A stretch of 64,000 nucleotides of DNA from Phoronis australis (taxonomy: Eukaryota; Animalia; Phoronida). The DNA lies in the NCBI GenBank assembly GCA_002633005.1, contig NMRA01000360.1, positions 61,854 to 125,853 of the forward strand, given 5' to 3'. Below the pieces are notes generated by a model. That model saw nothing but the letters and a program-made list of their open reading frames with translations, ran no database searches and was not told where the DNA came from. Shown one piece after another: positions 1 to 12,300 of this stretch (positions within the stretch are counted from its first letter, which is position 1; each line of letters opens with the position of its first letter). The position numbers were made by a program, and so were the translations under genes.

Positions 1-350
1 TGTAAAAACGGAATTGAAGATAAAGTTCATTTCATTTTTTATTGCGAAAAATACATCCATATCCGACCATTTTTATACAAGATTCTGCCCTACCTCAAAT
101 ATTCCAAAATAACTTGAAATGTCTAGCGAAATTCATTCAAGACGCTTTGCAGGTTAGAAGTAATTATGCGTTTGTAAACAAGTCAAAGTGGTCATATTTG
201 AGTGTGTGCAATATGTTATGTCATGGTTTAATTGTTATTAGGTGACTGACTAAGCCCATTGAGGCTGGGGGTGTGGTGAATATTGTGTCTTTGAGATTGT
301 ATTTACTGGCACCCTTTTGTCACTATAATAAATAAGTAGGAATAAAAATC
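1..350 (+). mobile_element. 3' end of a LINE (C-terminal Cys/His motif and 3' UTR)
   Basis: Frame 1 reads CKNGIEDKVHFIFYCEKYIHIR, then LKCLAKFIQDALQVR in another frame, typical of LINE ORF2 ends. AATAAA-rich tail at about 328-347. Confidence 0.65.
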
Positions 351-1305
351 ACTTCGACGACTCTCGTTTTGACGAGAGCACTTTGCGCTGCTTTGAGTTT
401 CGCCTTTAGAAAATATAAGTTTAACATTACTAGTAAAATATTATTTATATACATTTAATGAGATCATGAGTTTATTTTCAGTCTTAGTTTGGCCTCGGGT
501 AACGTTTCGAATTTGCTTACCGAGTTCCCCGGCCCAGTGTGACTATTTTCTCAATTTGTGTCTGGCAGTTTGAAAGTAAGACGTGTTTATGTCGAGTTAC
601 TATCTATAAAAGTTAATTTTAAATTTTTAAATACATTTGAATAATTGGGGATGTTGATGTGCTAGCAGTGAAAGGCATTCCGTTCGGTTAGGAACGTTGA
701 ATGCGCGATGTAGTGCGAGAACGCGGTCCACGGATAATACTAGTCTGATGGAGGATAATATAGTTTTATTACACAATCTTCTACTGATACTACTGAGTCT
801 GTTACAATCCATGCGATCATACACTTATATAGTGACACATATGAATCATGACAGGATATACTGTACAAACAAGTTTACTACAATTCCTCATGTTGGGGGT
901 GTACTTACATGAAGGAGATTATTGTACCGTAACCTATATTCGGGGCAAATAGGTCACAATTTTAGCATTCTGTCTTGACTCTCGCAGATCAGAATTAAAA
1001 GTAATTTCGACTTGCAAAGCACAAATATCTTTATTTTTCTGTTTAAAACATTATATAGAGGTATTAAGCTAACATGTTGAAAGTATGCACGTGGAGGTTT
1101 GTAACACTTTAAAAGATTAGATCTTACGCCATGACTGGCTTTTTTAGAATAAATTTCCAATTTTTCTCGACTCCTGGCTGTTTCCGATATCACCGAGAAC
1201 CCAAATGTACATTCATGAGAAAATTATTCATTCAACTTACTACTGCAGTAGAACATCAGTGCTTTCACTTAACTTAGTTGTCCTGTGCTATAGTTTCGTG
1301 CTTTA

Positions 1306-1346
1306 CCAACTGATGATGGTTTTAAAAATAAAGCGAAACGTTTTGG
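1306..1346 (+). ncRNA. Minimal type I hammerhead ribozyme motif (Penelope-associated type), probably degenerate
   Basis: ccaa-CTGATGA-tggttttaaaaataaagc-GAAAC-GTT-ttgg: intact core, stem I ccaa/ttgg, palindromic stem III, imperfect stem II. Confidence 0.55.
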
Positions 1347-3345
1347 AGTTTTTGATTATAGCCTTTGTTCTTTGATTTCTCATTACAATACGGCAAAAGA
1401 CTAGACAGGTGTAATTCGAACAAAAATCGTTCTTCAGAAAAAACAATCAAAGCAAGGTGTGACATGCTTATGGGTCTTCTATCTTTTTCCAATTCTATTT
1501 TTTTGTGGTGGCATTTTTCACAAAATGTGACTTCCTCTCCCTACTTTACGCAAAATTTGATCAGCTGATATGCTGTTGTGTTGAAATCTGAATGCATGGC
1601 TGCCAATCTATTTGGGGTTGGCACGTAATATTTAGTTTTCATGTTAAAAGTCCGTATTTTTCATGTTCATATGCAACATTTTCTGAAAGTTTAACTTTCA
1701 GTCAAAAGTTGATGTGAAACCCCCAAAACTACAAATTTTTATATTTTGCTAAGAAGACCAAGCGAAAAACGCAGATGACGTTGTTGTTTTATGGCAGACT
1801 CCGTTGAATTCGTCCCACCGGACCACGGGGCCTCTTCAAATTGCCAATGATTGCAAAGGTATTTTTATTTTCAGCTGGTTTTTAAGAGAAATAAATGATC
1901 AAAATCCGTAATAGTACAAAGTCCATACGTAGCGAATGTAGGTTCTACACGTACGTAAAATACGGGCAAATCCGAACAGTCGGCAGCCCGGGGAAAGCAA
2001 GACAAAAAGCCGACACAATGCGCCAATTGGCCAACATTAAGAAAGCACAATTTGTCAATGAAAAACTTTATGCACCAATGTCCCTGCCAGTGAGATTGGG
2101 ATAAAATGTAATTGTTTTTCTTATGCTGTTTGAGAATCATTACTAAGCACATTTTTAGCTTTGATACAAATCGAGAAAGAATTCTATTCTCAATATTATT
2201 GAAGATAAGTAGGGATCTTTTCATGCAACACACCTAATTTAAGGACTAAGTCCCTAATTATTTTGATTAATTAAGGGATCAGTTTTTAGTTATATTATTA
2301 GAAGATGACATTATCCAAAGAGGAGCTCGTAAAAATATAAAATGACAAAAAATAATAATTTGTGAGTAAAGAAAAACCAAATACGCAAAAGATTTAGGAA
2401 ACTTAGTCGAGTCCCTATTAATTGGGAGTGTTTCATGCAGCCGGCCAATGGTCTCCACATCCCATTATATGGCAATTCCAACTAACTAATCGTAAAGCGG
2501 AAAGTAACCGTTTTTATGTCACATTGAGAAAGAAACATAGCTCACTTGTTATCTTAGAAAGACACTTTTCTGTGTAAATAATTATTGCTTTGACGTTCAT
2601 TTAGGCTACACGAGGAACAACAGAAAGTGACGTAAACTGCCCAGCAGAATGACTACATCCTGGTTCTGTGTTCACCTGGATTTGAGAAAACACGAGCGAT
2701 CAGTACAGACTGTGTTCAGTAGGGAGTAGGGCATCGTATTTACCCCCATGATGAAGGTGACTATAGAATCTTGAAGTGAATATAGAACTTTCCTGGGCCG
2801 TCCACGTCATGACAATAATTAACAAGAAAAACGTGTGTTTTTACTAAACATGTTGGTTTTCAGATTGGTAGTACACTTGAAATCAATTTACTCGCAGCAA
2901 TTATTCACGGTTGGCGCAGCACTGAAAAAAGTGGAGGCTACAGCCCCCCCCCCCAGCCCCCTATGTTGCACCGCCCGTGTTTGTATTTTGAATGCGAATC
3001 CATTACTGAGCTTTAATAGTTTACACACAAGAATGCGGGAATAACACATCATTACGAGCGTGTTTGGTTTGAAATGAACTACAAGTCTGTCTCGGGTTTA
3101 CGAGACCATATTCTTTATGCTTCTAAACCACCATGGCGTAAATGTGACAGAGGCTACCTATTAATACAAAATACCACTGCCAGAATTGAATATTTTTATT
3201 TCATAGTTAATAGGAAATTTTACACAACTTTGCTTTGTCCTGCATTGTCAATTAAACAGCTGAAATACTTGTAGTTGCATGATCAGTGAAACTTCGTGAT
3301 CAGTTGGTAATATATAATGAATATCCATGTGAACTGGTGGCACGG

Positions 3346-6300
3346 TTACCCTTTCAAAAGCCCCATCTGCTTGAGCTTCAAAAGGTCGTCTGCAATGTCG
3401 GGGACCTTCTCCAGGGCTGGAATAAAATTTTAAAAATCACAACGTGTCTGCATTGCTTTGCTGAACCGCTTTTAATTCTGATTTCTTCATGACAAGATTT
3501 TCAGGGGGTCCGTTATCATTTTGAGGTTAATTGCGTAAAAGCAGTTGGACCATATTACAACGTAGTCAGTTTTCTTGAACATGATGATTAGAATAGCAAA
3601 ACACAGGTAAAATGTGAAAACACTGCAAAAATTACGCCCAGTCAACTGAAATGATACTATCTAGATCATCGCGTTCACATATTTAGGCGCCCAATTCCAT
3701 AGTATATTTCTCTCGGAGTGAAGTCGTTGATCCACATTTTGGACTGTTAAAGTAAAACTGGAAAAATTTCATTGGCAAAATCTAGTCGTCACCAGCAACC
3801 GTAGGTTTTAATGGAAAATTTAGTTCACAAAAATGACTCTATCCTTTTTACGGATATGTTAAAATTGTTGCGTGTTAATTGTTCCAGGTTAAATTGTGTA
3901 ACCATTATAGACGCAATAATCACGCAAGACCATACAATACTAGGCAGTGGAAAAGCGAATGTTTTGCAAGTATGCTCGGGAACTTGCGGAGCAACTGGGT
4001 AGAAATCAATAACGCTAGGACCTACGCTAGGACTTCGCTAAAAAAAACAAGACTTCGCGAGATTTAGGGAGATATTTTAAATGAAAACACGTGATTTTGG
4101 CTAGATTTTCTAGTCGCGAGACAGCTACTGAACTCTATCCTGGTATTTTCGTAGCCCTAATTTCCCCTCGGAAGTGAACGTTATTTGCGTATGTGCAAAC
4201 TTCAGTCACAAGGCCAATAATTCTTCAGTTTGACGTCACACGATTTCCCAACTCCCAGGCAAAATTTATGGTTACGAAAACGCCAGAGGCGTTATGGATG
4301 GATCGAGAGCCTACTAGCGTAAGCGTACCCAAGCAAAATGGCAGTCACAAAGGAACATCGTCGATGAGCTTGAAATGTTGAATTTATTGCGCAATCCACG
4401 ACTTCTTGTTTCCTTAATATACAGAGCAAAGACTAAAGTTTGCTCACTGCAGTGGTTGATATGGACGTTATCACTGGTCTGGGTCAATGAAAGCCTTTGT
4501 TTACACCCTGCCTCAAGACGACTTGGAAAAAGGCGTTATAAGATACAGAAAGCACACTCAATGGGGTTTCTCAAAGATGAAGAAATTCAACAAAGCCATG
4601 CCTTTTTCGCATGATACATCCACTGGAAAAAATTGAGATGCCAACAATGACAAAAAATGTGATTTTGGCTCTTTTGTGCTTAAAATCACAAATTTATGAC
4701 TGCCCGATACAAGAGAGGAGACAAGAATCCAAATACTCCTACACTTGTAGATTCCAAAAGTTTAGGTCATTATCAATTATCAACCAGATTATTGTCAATT
4801 CCGATTTGTCTGAAGGTGACCTGAACAAGGATGTGCTTTGAAAATGGCGGGACTTCCGTACCCGGTAGATCAAAACAGAGGCCAAATTTCTGGACTTCGT
4901 GTACTCAAAACAACTTCAAGGAACTATGATTACTAGACGTTTCAACCTCTTCCCATCTAGTCCAACAAAATGCCATCAAACCTGGCCCTCTCCAAATCCT
5001 TTATTTTTGGGGGCTCCTTACAAAGGCCGAGCTACAAAGGCCCGAACCTTGGCTTCAGGCCACACTCTTCCATCGACCTTTTCACAGATTGTGGGATAAA
5101 GCTCACCCACAGCAAGACCGCTATTAGACGGACGGAAGACTTATGATCTGTAGAAAGCGCTTCATTTTAGTAGAATTTGAAGCAGCCAGGGATACAGTTT
5201 ATCATAAATGCGAGTAAACAAGTAACATCTATCCAAAATCAAATGCCAGCTTACCGAACGTGCGATCGCATGCGTATTGTCGTGGATATGTATCCAAATT
5301 CGGTACTGCATTCAAAACTTTAATAAAATTCGATTTGTAGGATTTTCTTTAAGTGCTTGGCACTAAAAAACATGCGTCAAAGCTTCGCTTGTACAAGTAC
5401 GAAAATGAGTGTTTCGTGTGATTTCATCAGACACTTGAATTGGGCTTTTCAATTAAATACTACCTCGTAAACTGAAAATGAGTCAAAATCTACTGTAACG
5501 GCGAACCCAACATTCACTCACCTCCTAATATGCTACCTCCTTGGTGTTACTTATGTATTTCATATATAAGCGTGGGTGCCTAAATTTGGATACAGTGCAG
5601 ACACACGATATTTCAATACCTTGATTTTTAAAAAGGTTCCTGTTTATACTTAAAGACGATTTAAGTAAGGAGGTCAATAGTACCAGGTCTGGGTCAAGAT
5701 TAGTCCGACATTTCTTTGATTTGAAAGTCTGTGAGTTTAGCAATTAATCACAGTATTCAAAATACCATGGAAGTCTTACACACGTAGTTACTGACCATCG
5801 AGTAATAGAAAGCTGATCTATAGTCACAAAATAATCTCAGAACTACACGAACATTACTATGAATCCAAAGTATTAAGCCATCTTGTTGGCATCACGGTGA
5901 TCGGACAAGGAACTCCAGAGATAGCTGAGCCAGCCGAATTCTATGGATTCCTTATCTCTACGCCAGGGCGGCCAGCCCTTTTGTGTCTGAACATAACTTA
6001 CGGAGGCAGTGGTTACTAATCTGTAAAAACCCTTTACAGCAGGTAACTTTGCTAGATGGGCAGGTCGTTTTCACTTGTTTATACCGAAGCATTTGTTGGT
6101 AGTAGATTGATTGTCTGAAATGAACAATTTATGACATAAACGACAAATAACTGTAATGGCAATGTTCAAACCAAAAAGAACATGGCGTTTTAACTGCTAA
6201 TGCACACGCAAAATAACGTGTCATGGTTTATTTCCGCCAGCGGGACTGTTCAACACAAATAAGAGAACAGAGATTACGCACTTTAGTGACCACGTGGTTC

Positions 6301-9300
6301 ACGAGTCGCGTCCATCATGGTTGGGTATCGCCAATAGGACAAATTCTACGTGAGGGCACAAAATCGTCTTTTACTTGACCCAATTTCTAATACAGGCCCG
6401 TCCTGAAATAGCACAACAACACTTTGGTTCTCCATATTGCAACACATGTGTCAAGCAAATGTCCCGCTTCTCCTCATGCAATAGGCACAACAAGCAAAGA
6501 AACTAGCAAAATGGCTTCTCTTGTTAAGCAACACAGGAGAACCTAGCATTTTCAACACTAGACCACTCAGCTATGCATTGTAGTTTTTTTACTTTTTTGC
6601 GGTAAACACCTTGGCCACTTTTGGTTGGCTGGTACTTGAAACATCATTCGTATCTAGGGAACACACTTTTTACGCTGAACGGGCAACTGGTGAGATGGGA
6701 TTTACGTAAAGGAGAATGCCAACCGATTTAATTAGTCTTTTTTACCATCTTCATCCCGCTATACGGTAGATCTTACCTAGCCGAGAGGTGTCGCGTTAAC
6801 CCGACAGGAAGGTGACTAAACAAACCAGCGACATCAGTGGTTCATCTGAAGAGTGAGTGTCGCTATGGTGTGGTCTATCCTTCCCGCTTGTGAGAACTAT
6901 GAACGGCTGCGAGGAAAGCGGGTATATCGTTTTTTTCAATTTCCTCGAGAGCCCAAAAAGCTTCGAAAGTGGCTCGGAAGTGAAGAATGAAAAGTACGCC
7001 AGAAACCCGTGTTGTGAACTGCTGAACAGACTGCGTGTGAAAAGCGCCAATGACGTCATTGGATAATTTCAACACCTCCGTCTGCCGTCAGGTGTCAGGT
7101 ACTCGATCTAAATTGATACAAAAAAGGTTGTTTTTTGGGTGGCATACTCCTTTAAGCTGGTCAGAGCTTACAGTCACACAACGGAATTAACAGGTGAACG
7201 TTAAGCCTAACTTCTCTGAGGGCAACCGTTTTTCTCTGTCTGAAGATTTCTGGTGATAGTATTTCATACAAAACACATCGGCTTGACGTAAGTCGTTTGC
7301 AAATAGTATTTTTAAATATCGCTTAGCGTCAAGCGCACTGTTTACAACAAAAGGGCTTAATTACATGAGCTTATACCACAATATCAGCCTCGAATGGCCA
7401 AAACAACCGTGTTACTAATAACCCATTTAGTTATTAAACGGCGTTAGATAAAATTTCGACGGGAAAGCGAAACCGGTTTCGAACCCGGTCCGCAAGAGTT
7501 TCGACTGTCGATTCTACCACTGAACCACTCAGCGGCTGACGTCAGCGAACGTGAACACAGAGTACTTAAATGAGCACGCGCATTGATCTCATGTTCAACA
7601 AACCGCATTGCATTAACATGAATATACGCTGTGGAAACAAAACGCAAAATTTCAATAAAAATGACTTCTTTAATTCGGTAAAATTTATCTGTCATTACCC
7701 CTCACTTGTAAATCATCGATCTCCAGTTTGAATTCAAGTAACGTGTGGTCGCGATGCTTTGATTTGGACATTAAACTCAGTAACCAGTGGTAACCTACTT
7801 TAGCAGACGATATTTTCACGGTGGACGCTTAGCATAATAAGATGTGTAGTAAGCTAGAGTAGTTGCTTAAAATAAAAGTTATTTGAGATTCAATTTTATT
7901 TGGTTTTAAGTAAAAACATCATTTTAACAAGAAAAACTCGGCGTTTCTTGAAAGGTTACGACCTCCTACCTCAGGGCTCTGATATAGAAAGTAGTTACAA
8001 AAGCTTAGGCTGACGCCCCTCGGGCGATAATTCTCCAAAATCCACGAGGGCTCTAAATTACAGGGATAACGACTTCGCCGTGTAATAATCTATATTTATC
8101 AGGTGAGAGCAGACAATGAGAGAGCTGGACCATGTAAACATTAGCCTGCCAACTTCAAACTGTGAACGACACTGCTGTAACCGGACAGGGCGATCGGACA
8201 GCCGGGTTACTCATTCCACAACACGGGTGCGTAACGAACATGTTCCGTTGCCTGCGCTCGTTCACGGGGCATCTCTACTATTTCTTGATCACTGTATTCC
8301 GATTTGAACCTAACGATCCACCTGTGAAGTCTTCGTCGTATGAGTGCTCGTCTAAGTCGGAATTGCAAGTTGCCATGTTGACATTTGTTTAAACAATTCT
8401 CATCCTAGCTAATGTCTTGAGAACCCAGCAATGAATAAATCAGTGCGTTACCGGCTTTAGATGAAATAAAGCTAATTGACCGTGGGCACCGAGGCCGTGT
8501 GACCGCATGCTAGATCAGTGTTTGCTGACATAAAGTTGTTGTGAAACAATAACTCGGTTTTATATGCTATGGTCAGATGTTAGGGGGATATTTATTTAGA
8601 CATACATATACATTATTCGAACCATTGTTATTGTACAACTTTTGTCTCAACGGTTCTGTGGAAACTTGAGTTCACGGGCACCTACGAGTACGCAGATTTT
8701 GCAGTTTCGCGGCTAATGCACCAAAATAATCACGTGTACATTATTTCTTTGGTGCACTAGTATACTTTTTTCGTGACTGGAAGTTGAGTTTCCAACTTTA
8801 GGTGGTTTATATTCGTGATGTCTTCTGTCCGGCCGCGTCCGGCCTGAACCGGGTTCCGAGCCACCGGTTGGGATAACAAGCGTTGTGTGTGTTTAGAGCT
8901 GAAAAAATCTCAAGTATAAAATTACAAGACACAGCTATGTTCTCTTGTGTGTATTTCACCGAACAGACCCCAAATTCCCGCGACGGATCTTAAAATTGGC
9001 GTACCGAACTTTGTAGGCTACGGCACGTTCAAATACCTATAAATCCGAAACAGCGAAATATTAAAAGAATGCGCTTGTTCAAGAACTCGATGTATTTATA
9101 AGGGGTTTTCATCGACTTTTGATGATTTATTGGTGTAAAACGATGGATTCAAGCGATAAGCTGACACCAGTTAGCGTGTTGTGAGCTGCTGAACAGACTG
9201 CTTCGAACCTGTGACGTCATTGGTTAATTTCAACGTACACCGCCATCTGCCGTCAGGTGTCAGGTAAAAGATTGAACTTGCTGTTATCGAGTGGAACTAC

Positions 9301-12300
9301 TCGATCTAATTTGATACAAGTAAATTTTTTTGGGTGGCATTCTCCTTTAAGTATGTACAATTTGAAAGCAATTCCTTGGCCGATTTTATACGATTATGTG
9401 TCTAACTTTAGCGAACATACCGATTTCTTTCTATGACAGTTTTTGAGATAAATACAAGTATTAGCGCACCAAACAGAAAAATGGCCGAAAATTTCCTTTT
9501 TGTTTGAACAAGGATTTCCAACAGATAACACGCAGAATTATTTGGTAGCAACAAACTAGAACATGCTTGAAGCACATACGTCAATTTTTGTGTTCGAATG
9601 GTAAAACTAACCTCCTGAGATTAAAAATGCGTAAATCTAACTGTTTTGACTTTAAAACGTTTGAGAAGAAATATATAAAACCCCTTTGTATCTTATAGAT
9701 TTTTACTAAAATAATATATCGATGCAGTAATAAGTAAATTAAATGACTACGTTGATGCTTCACCCACCCACTCGCCCCAGGAAATACCGAAAAGGGCGAC
9801 TCATCCTCCGCATGACACTTCAGTCAGTAATCGAATGCAGTAGCGTCAACGAGACTCAGCAAATAACTAATATAGAAGGAGATTAAATGCAATCTTATTT
9901 CAACATGTGCACTTGCTTTCACTTTCCATAGATCAGTAACATCATCTCCAGGCACTATTTCACGGTGAATTTAACTTAAGCTGAGGTAAAAATGCTGGCC
10001 TTCACAATTAGCCATTCAATTAGCGAACGGTGGGCGAGGGCACAGAATAGCCTTCGCGAACAATGCGCGGTAGCAGGGTGGGTTCATCCGCAAGCAAAGA
10101 AATATGCGCACGAGACGCGAAATATGGTCTGTATATGTTTAAAGGGCGAAGTCGTTATGCCCCGTAATCTAGAGCCCTAGTGGATTTCGGAATTCTACAA
10201 AATCCACGAGGGCTCTAGATATGGAAGATAACGACTGAGAACATGTAATAATCTATTTATACCGCATACTGAACGAGAAACATTGCAATGAATCGACCTG
10301 CCTTTCTCAACTCCCCTCAGCTTTTGTAACTACTTTCTATGTCAGAGGCCTGAGGTCGCGACCTTTCAAGAAACGCCGAGTTTTTCTTTTTTAAAATGAT
10401 GTTTTTACGTAAAACCAAATAAAAATTGAAGCAAATTAGCACTAAAGTGAATTTGTAAAATAATATGTATTTTAAGCAACAGTTATTACTCTAGCTTATT
10501 ACGCATCTTATTATGCTAAGCGTCCACCGTGAAAATATCGTCTGCAAAAAAGTAGGTTACCACTGGTTACTGAGTTTAATGTCCAAGTCAAAGCATAGCT
10601 ATCACACGTTACTTGCATTCTAACTGGAGATCGATTATTTACAAGTGAGAGAAAATTACAGATAAATTTTACCGAATTAAAGAAGTCGTTTTTATTGAAA
10701 TTGTGCGCTTTGTTTTTCACAGTATATTTATGTCAGTGCAATGCGGTTTGTTGAACATGAGATTATTGCGCGTGCTCATTTAAGTATTCTATTTTCACGT
10801 TCGTTTGACGTCAGCCGCTGAGTGATGCAGTGGTAAAGTAGTTGACCTGAAACTCATGCGGCCCGGGTTTTAAACCGGCCTCGATTTCAAGCCAAAATGT
10901 TATCTAACGCCATTTAATAACTAAGTGGGTTATTGGCCATTCGAGGCTGATATTGTGGTATAAGAGGAGAATATGCGTCGGCGAGAGGGGAATAGCGTAT
11001 GAGAGAACGAATTTTGTGTACGGGCGCGGTCAAGGAAGTTCAGATGCCTTGCATTCTTAAAATACGAACTTGTTTATGCCTCGGCGGAAGTTTTACATTC
11101 GGTAATGAAAGTCAGTTTGTAAGTTTCCCGGCCCTTGGGCCAAAAGATATCCACTGATTACAATTGCAGCATGTTTTATGATACTAGAAACATGGCGATT
11201 TAATGAATTGAGGTTAGTGGTTGTGCATGGCATACAATTGTCAGTTTATTTATAAGCAGTAGGAAATGATCATATATGTTATGAAGTATGTAAAAATGAT
11301 ACCGCTATTGAACTTTTGACTTATCTGTTCCAAATGGTTTTTCGTTTCCTAGTTTATGGGCTAAATCCGTTATTATGCCTATTCCAAAGGGGTCAGAAAG
11401 GACCCGCGCGTCCCGCTGAGTTATAGAGGTATCAGCTTGTCGTCTAACGTATACAAGTTGTATAGTAGTGTATTGAACAATAGACTTGTTGAGTACGCGG
11501 AGGAAAACGGGCTCCTTGTTGATGAGCAAAATGACTTTCGTCGTGACAGAGCATGTGTTGATCACGTCTTTGTTTTGACCTCGATTATACGTAATCGCTT
11601 GAATAACAAATAATCCACATTTGCGACTTTTATTGATATGCAAAAAGCTTTTGACTGGGTAGATAGAAATAGTTTACTTTTTAAAATGTTGGATCTTATG
11701 ATAGTTGGAAAATTTTATGAATCGGTTAAAATATTTATGCCAAAACTCAATCCTGTGTTAAGATTAATAATGCCTTTACGGACTGGTTTTATACATCTTG
11801 TGGGGTCAAACAAGGAGATGTTTTATCACCTACTCTTTTTGCACTATTTATAAATGATTTGGCAAAGGAATTAAAAGAGTCAAATTTAGGAATTCCTATC
11901 GGTGCTGATAAAGTTTCATCTTTGTTTTATGCTGATGATGTAGTGGTACTTGCCGAGAGCGAAGAAAATTTACAGGGTTTATTGAATATAGTTGATAAAT
12001 GGTGCTCTAAATGGAGGCTAATTGTCAATCAGGAAAAAACTAATATTATTCACTTCAGATTCAAGCATGTCTCTCGTAGTTTATATCCATTTCGGTTGGG
12101 TCGACTAGACCTAGAATATGTACCCAAATATAAATATTTAGGAATAATTTTAAATGAACATTTGAAGTTTTCTGAAACTGCTAAAACTCTATCCGAATCT
12201 GCCGGAAGAGCTTTGGGCGCTTTAATTAATAAATTTAAAAAGAATAAAAATATGAGGTACAGAACATTCACTACATTATTCAATGCTTGTGTAGTGCCTG

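Noticed and set aside
7465-7537. tRNA gene on the minus strand
   Set aside because: A and B boxes are present but the cloverleaf stems are broken, and it is embedded in a dispersed repeat.
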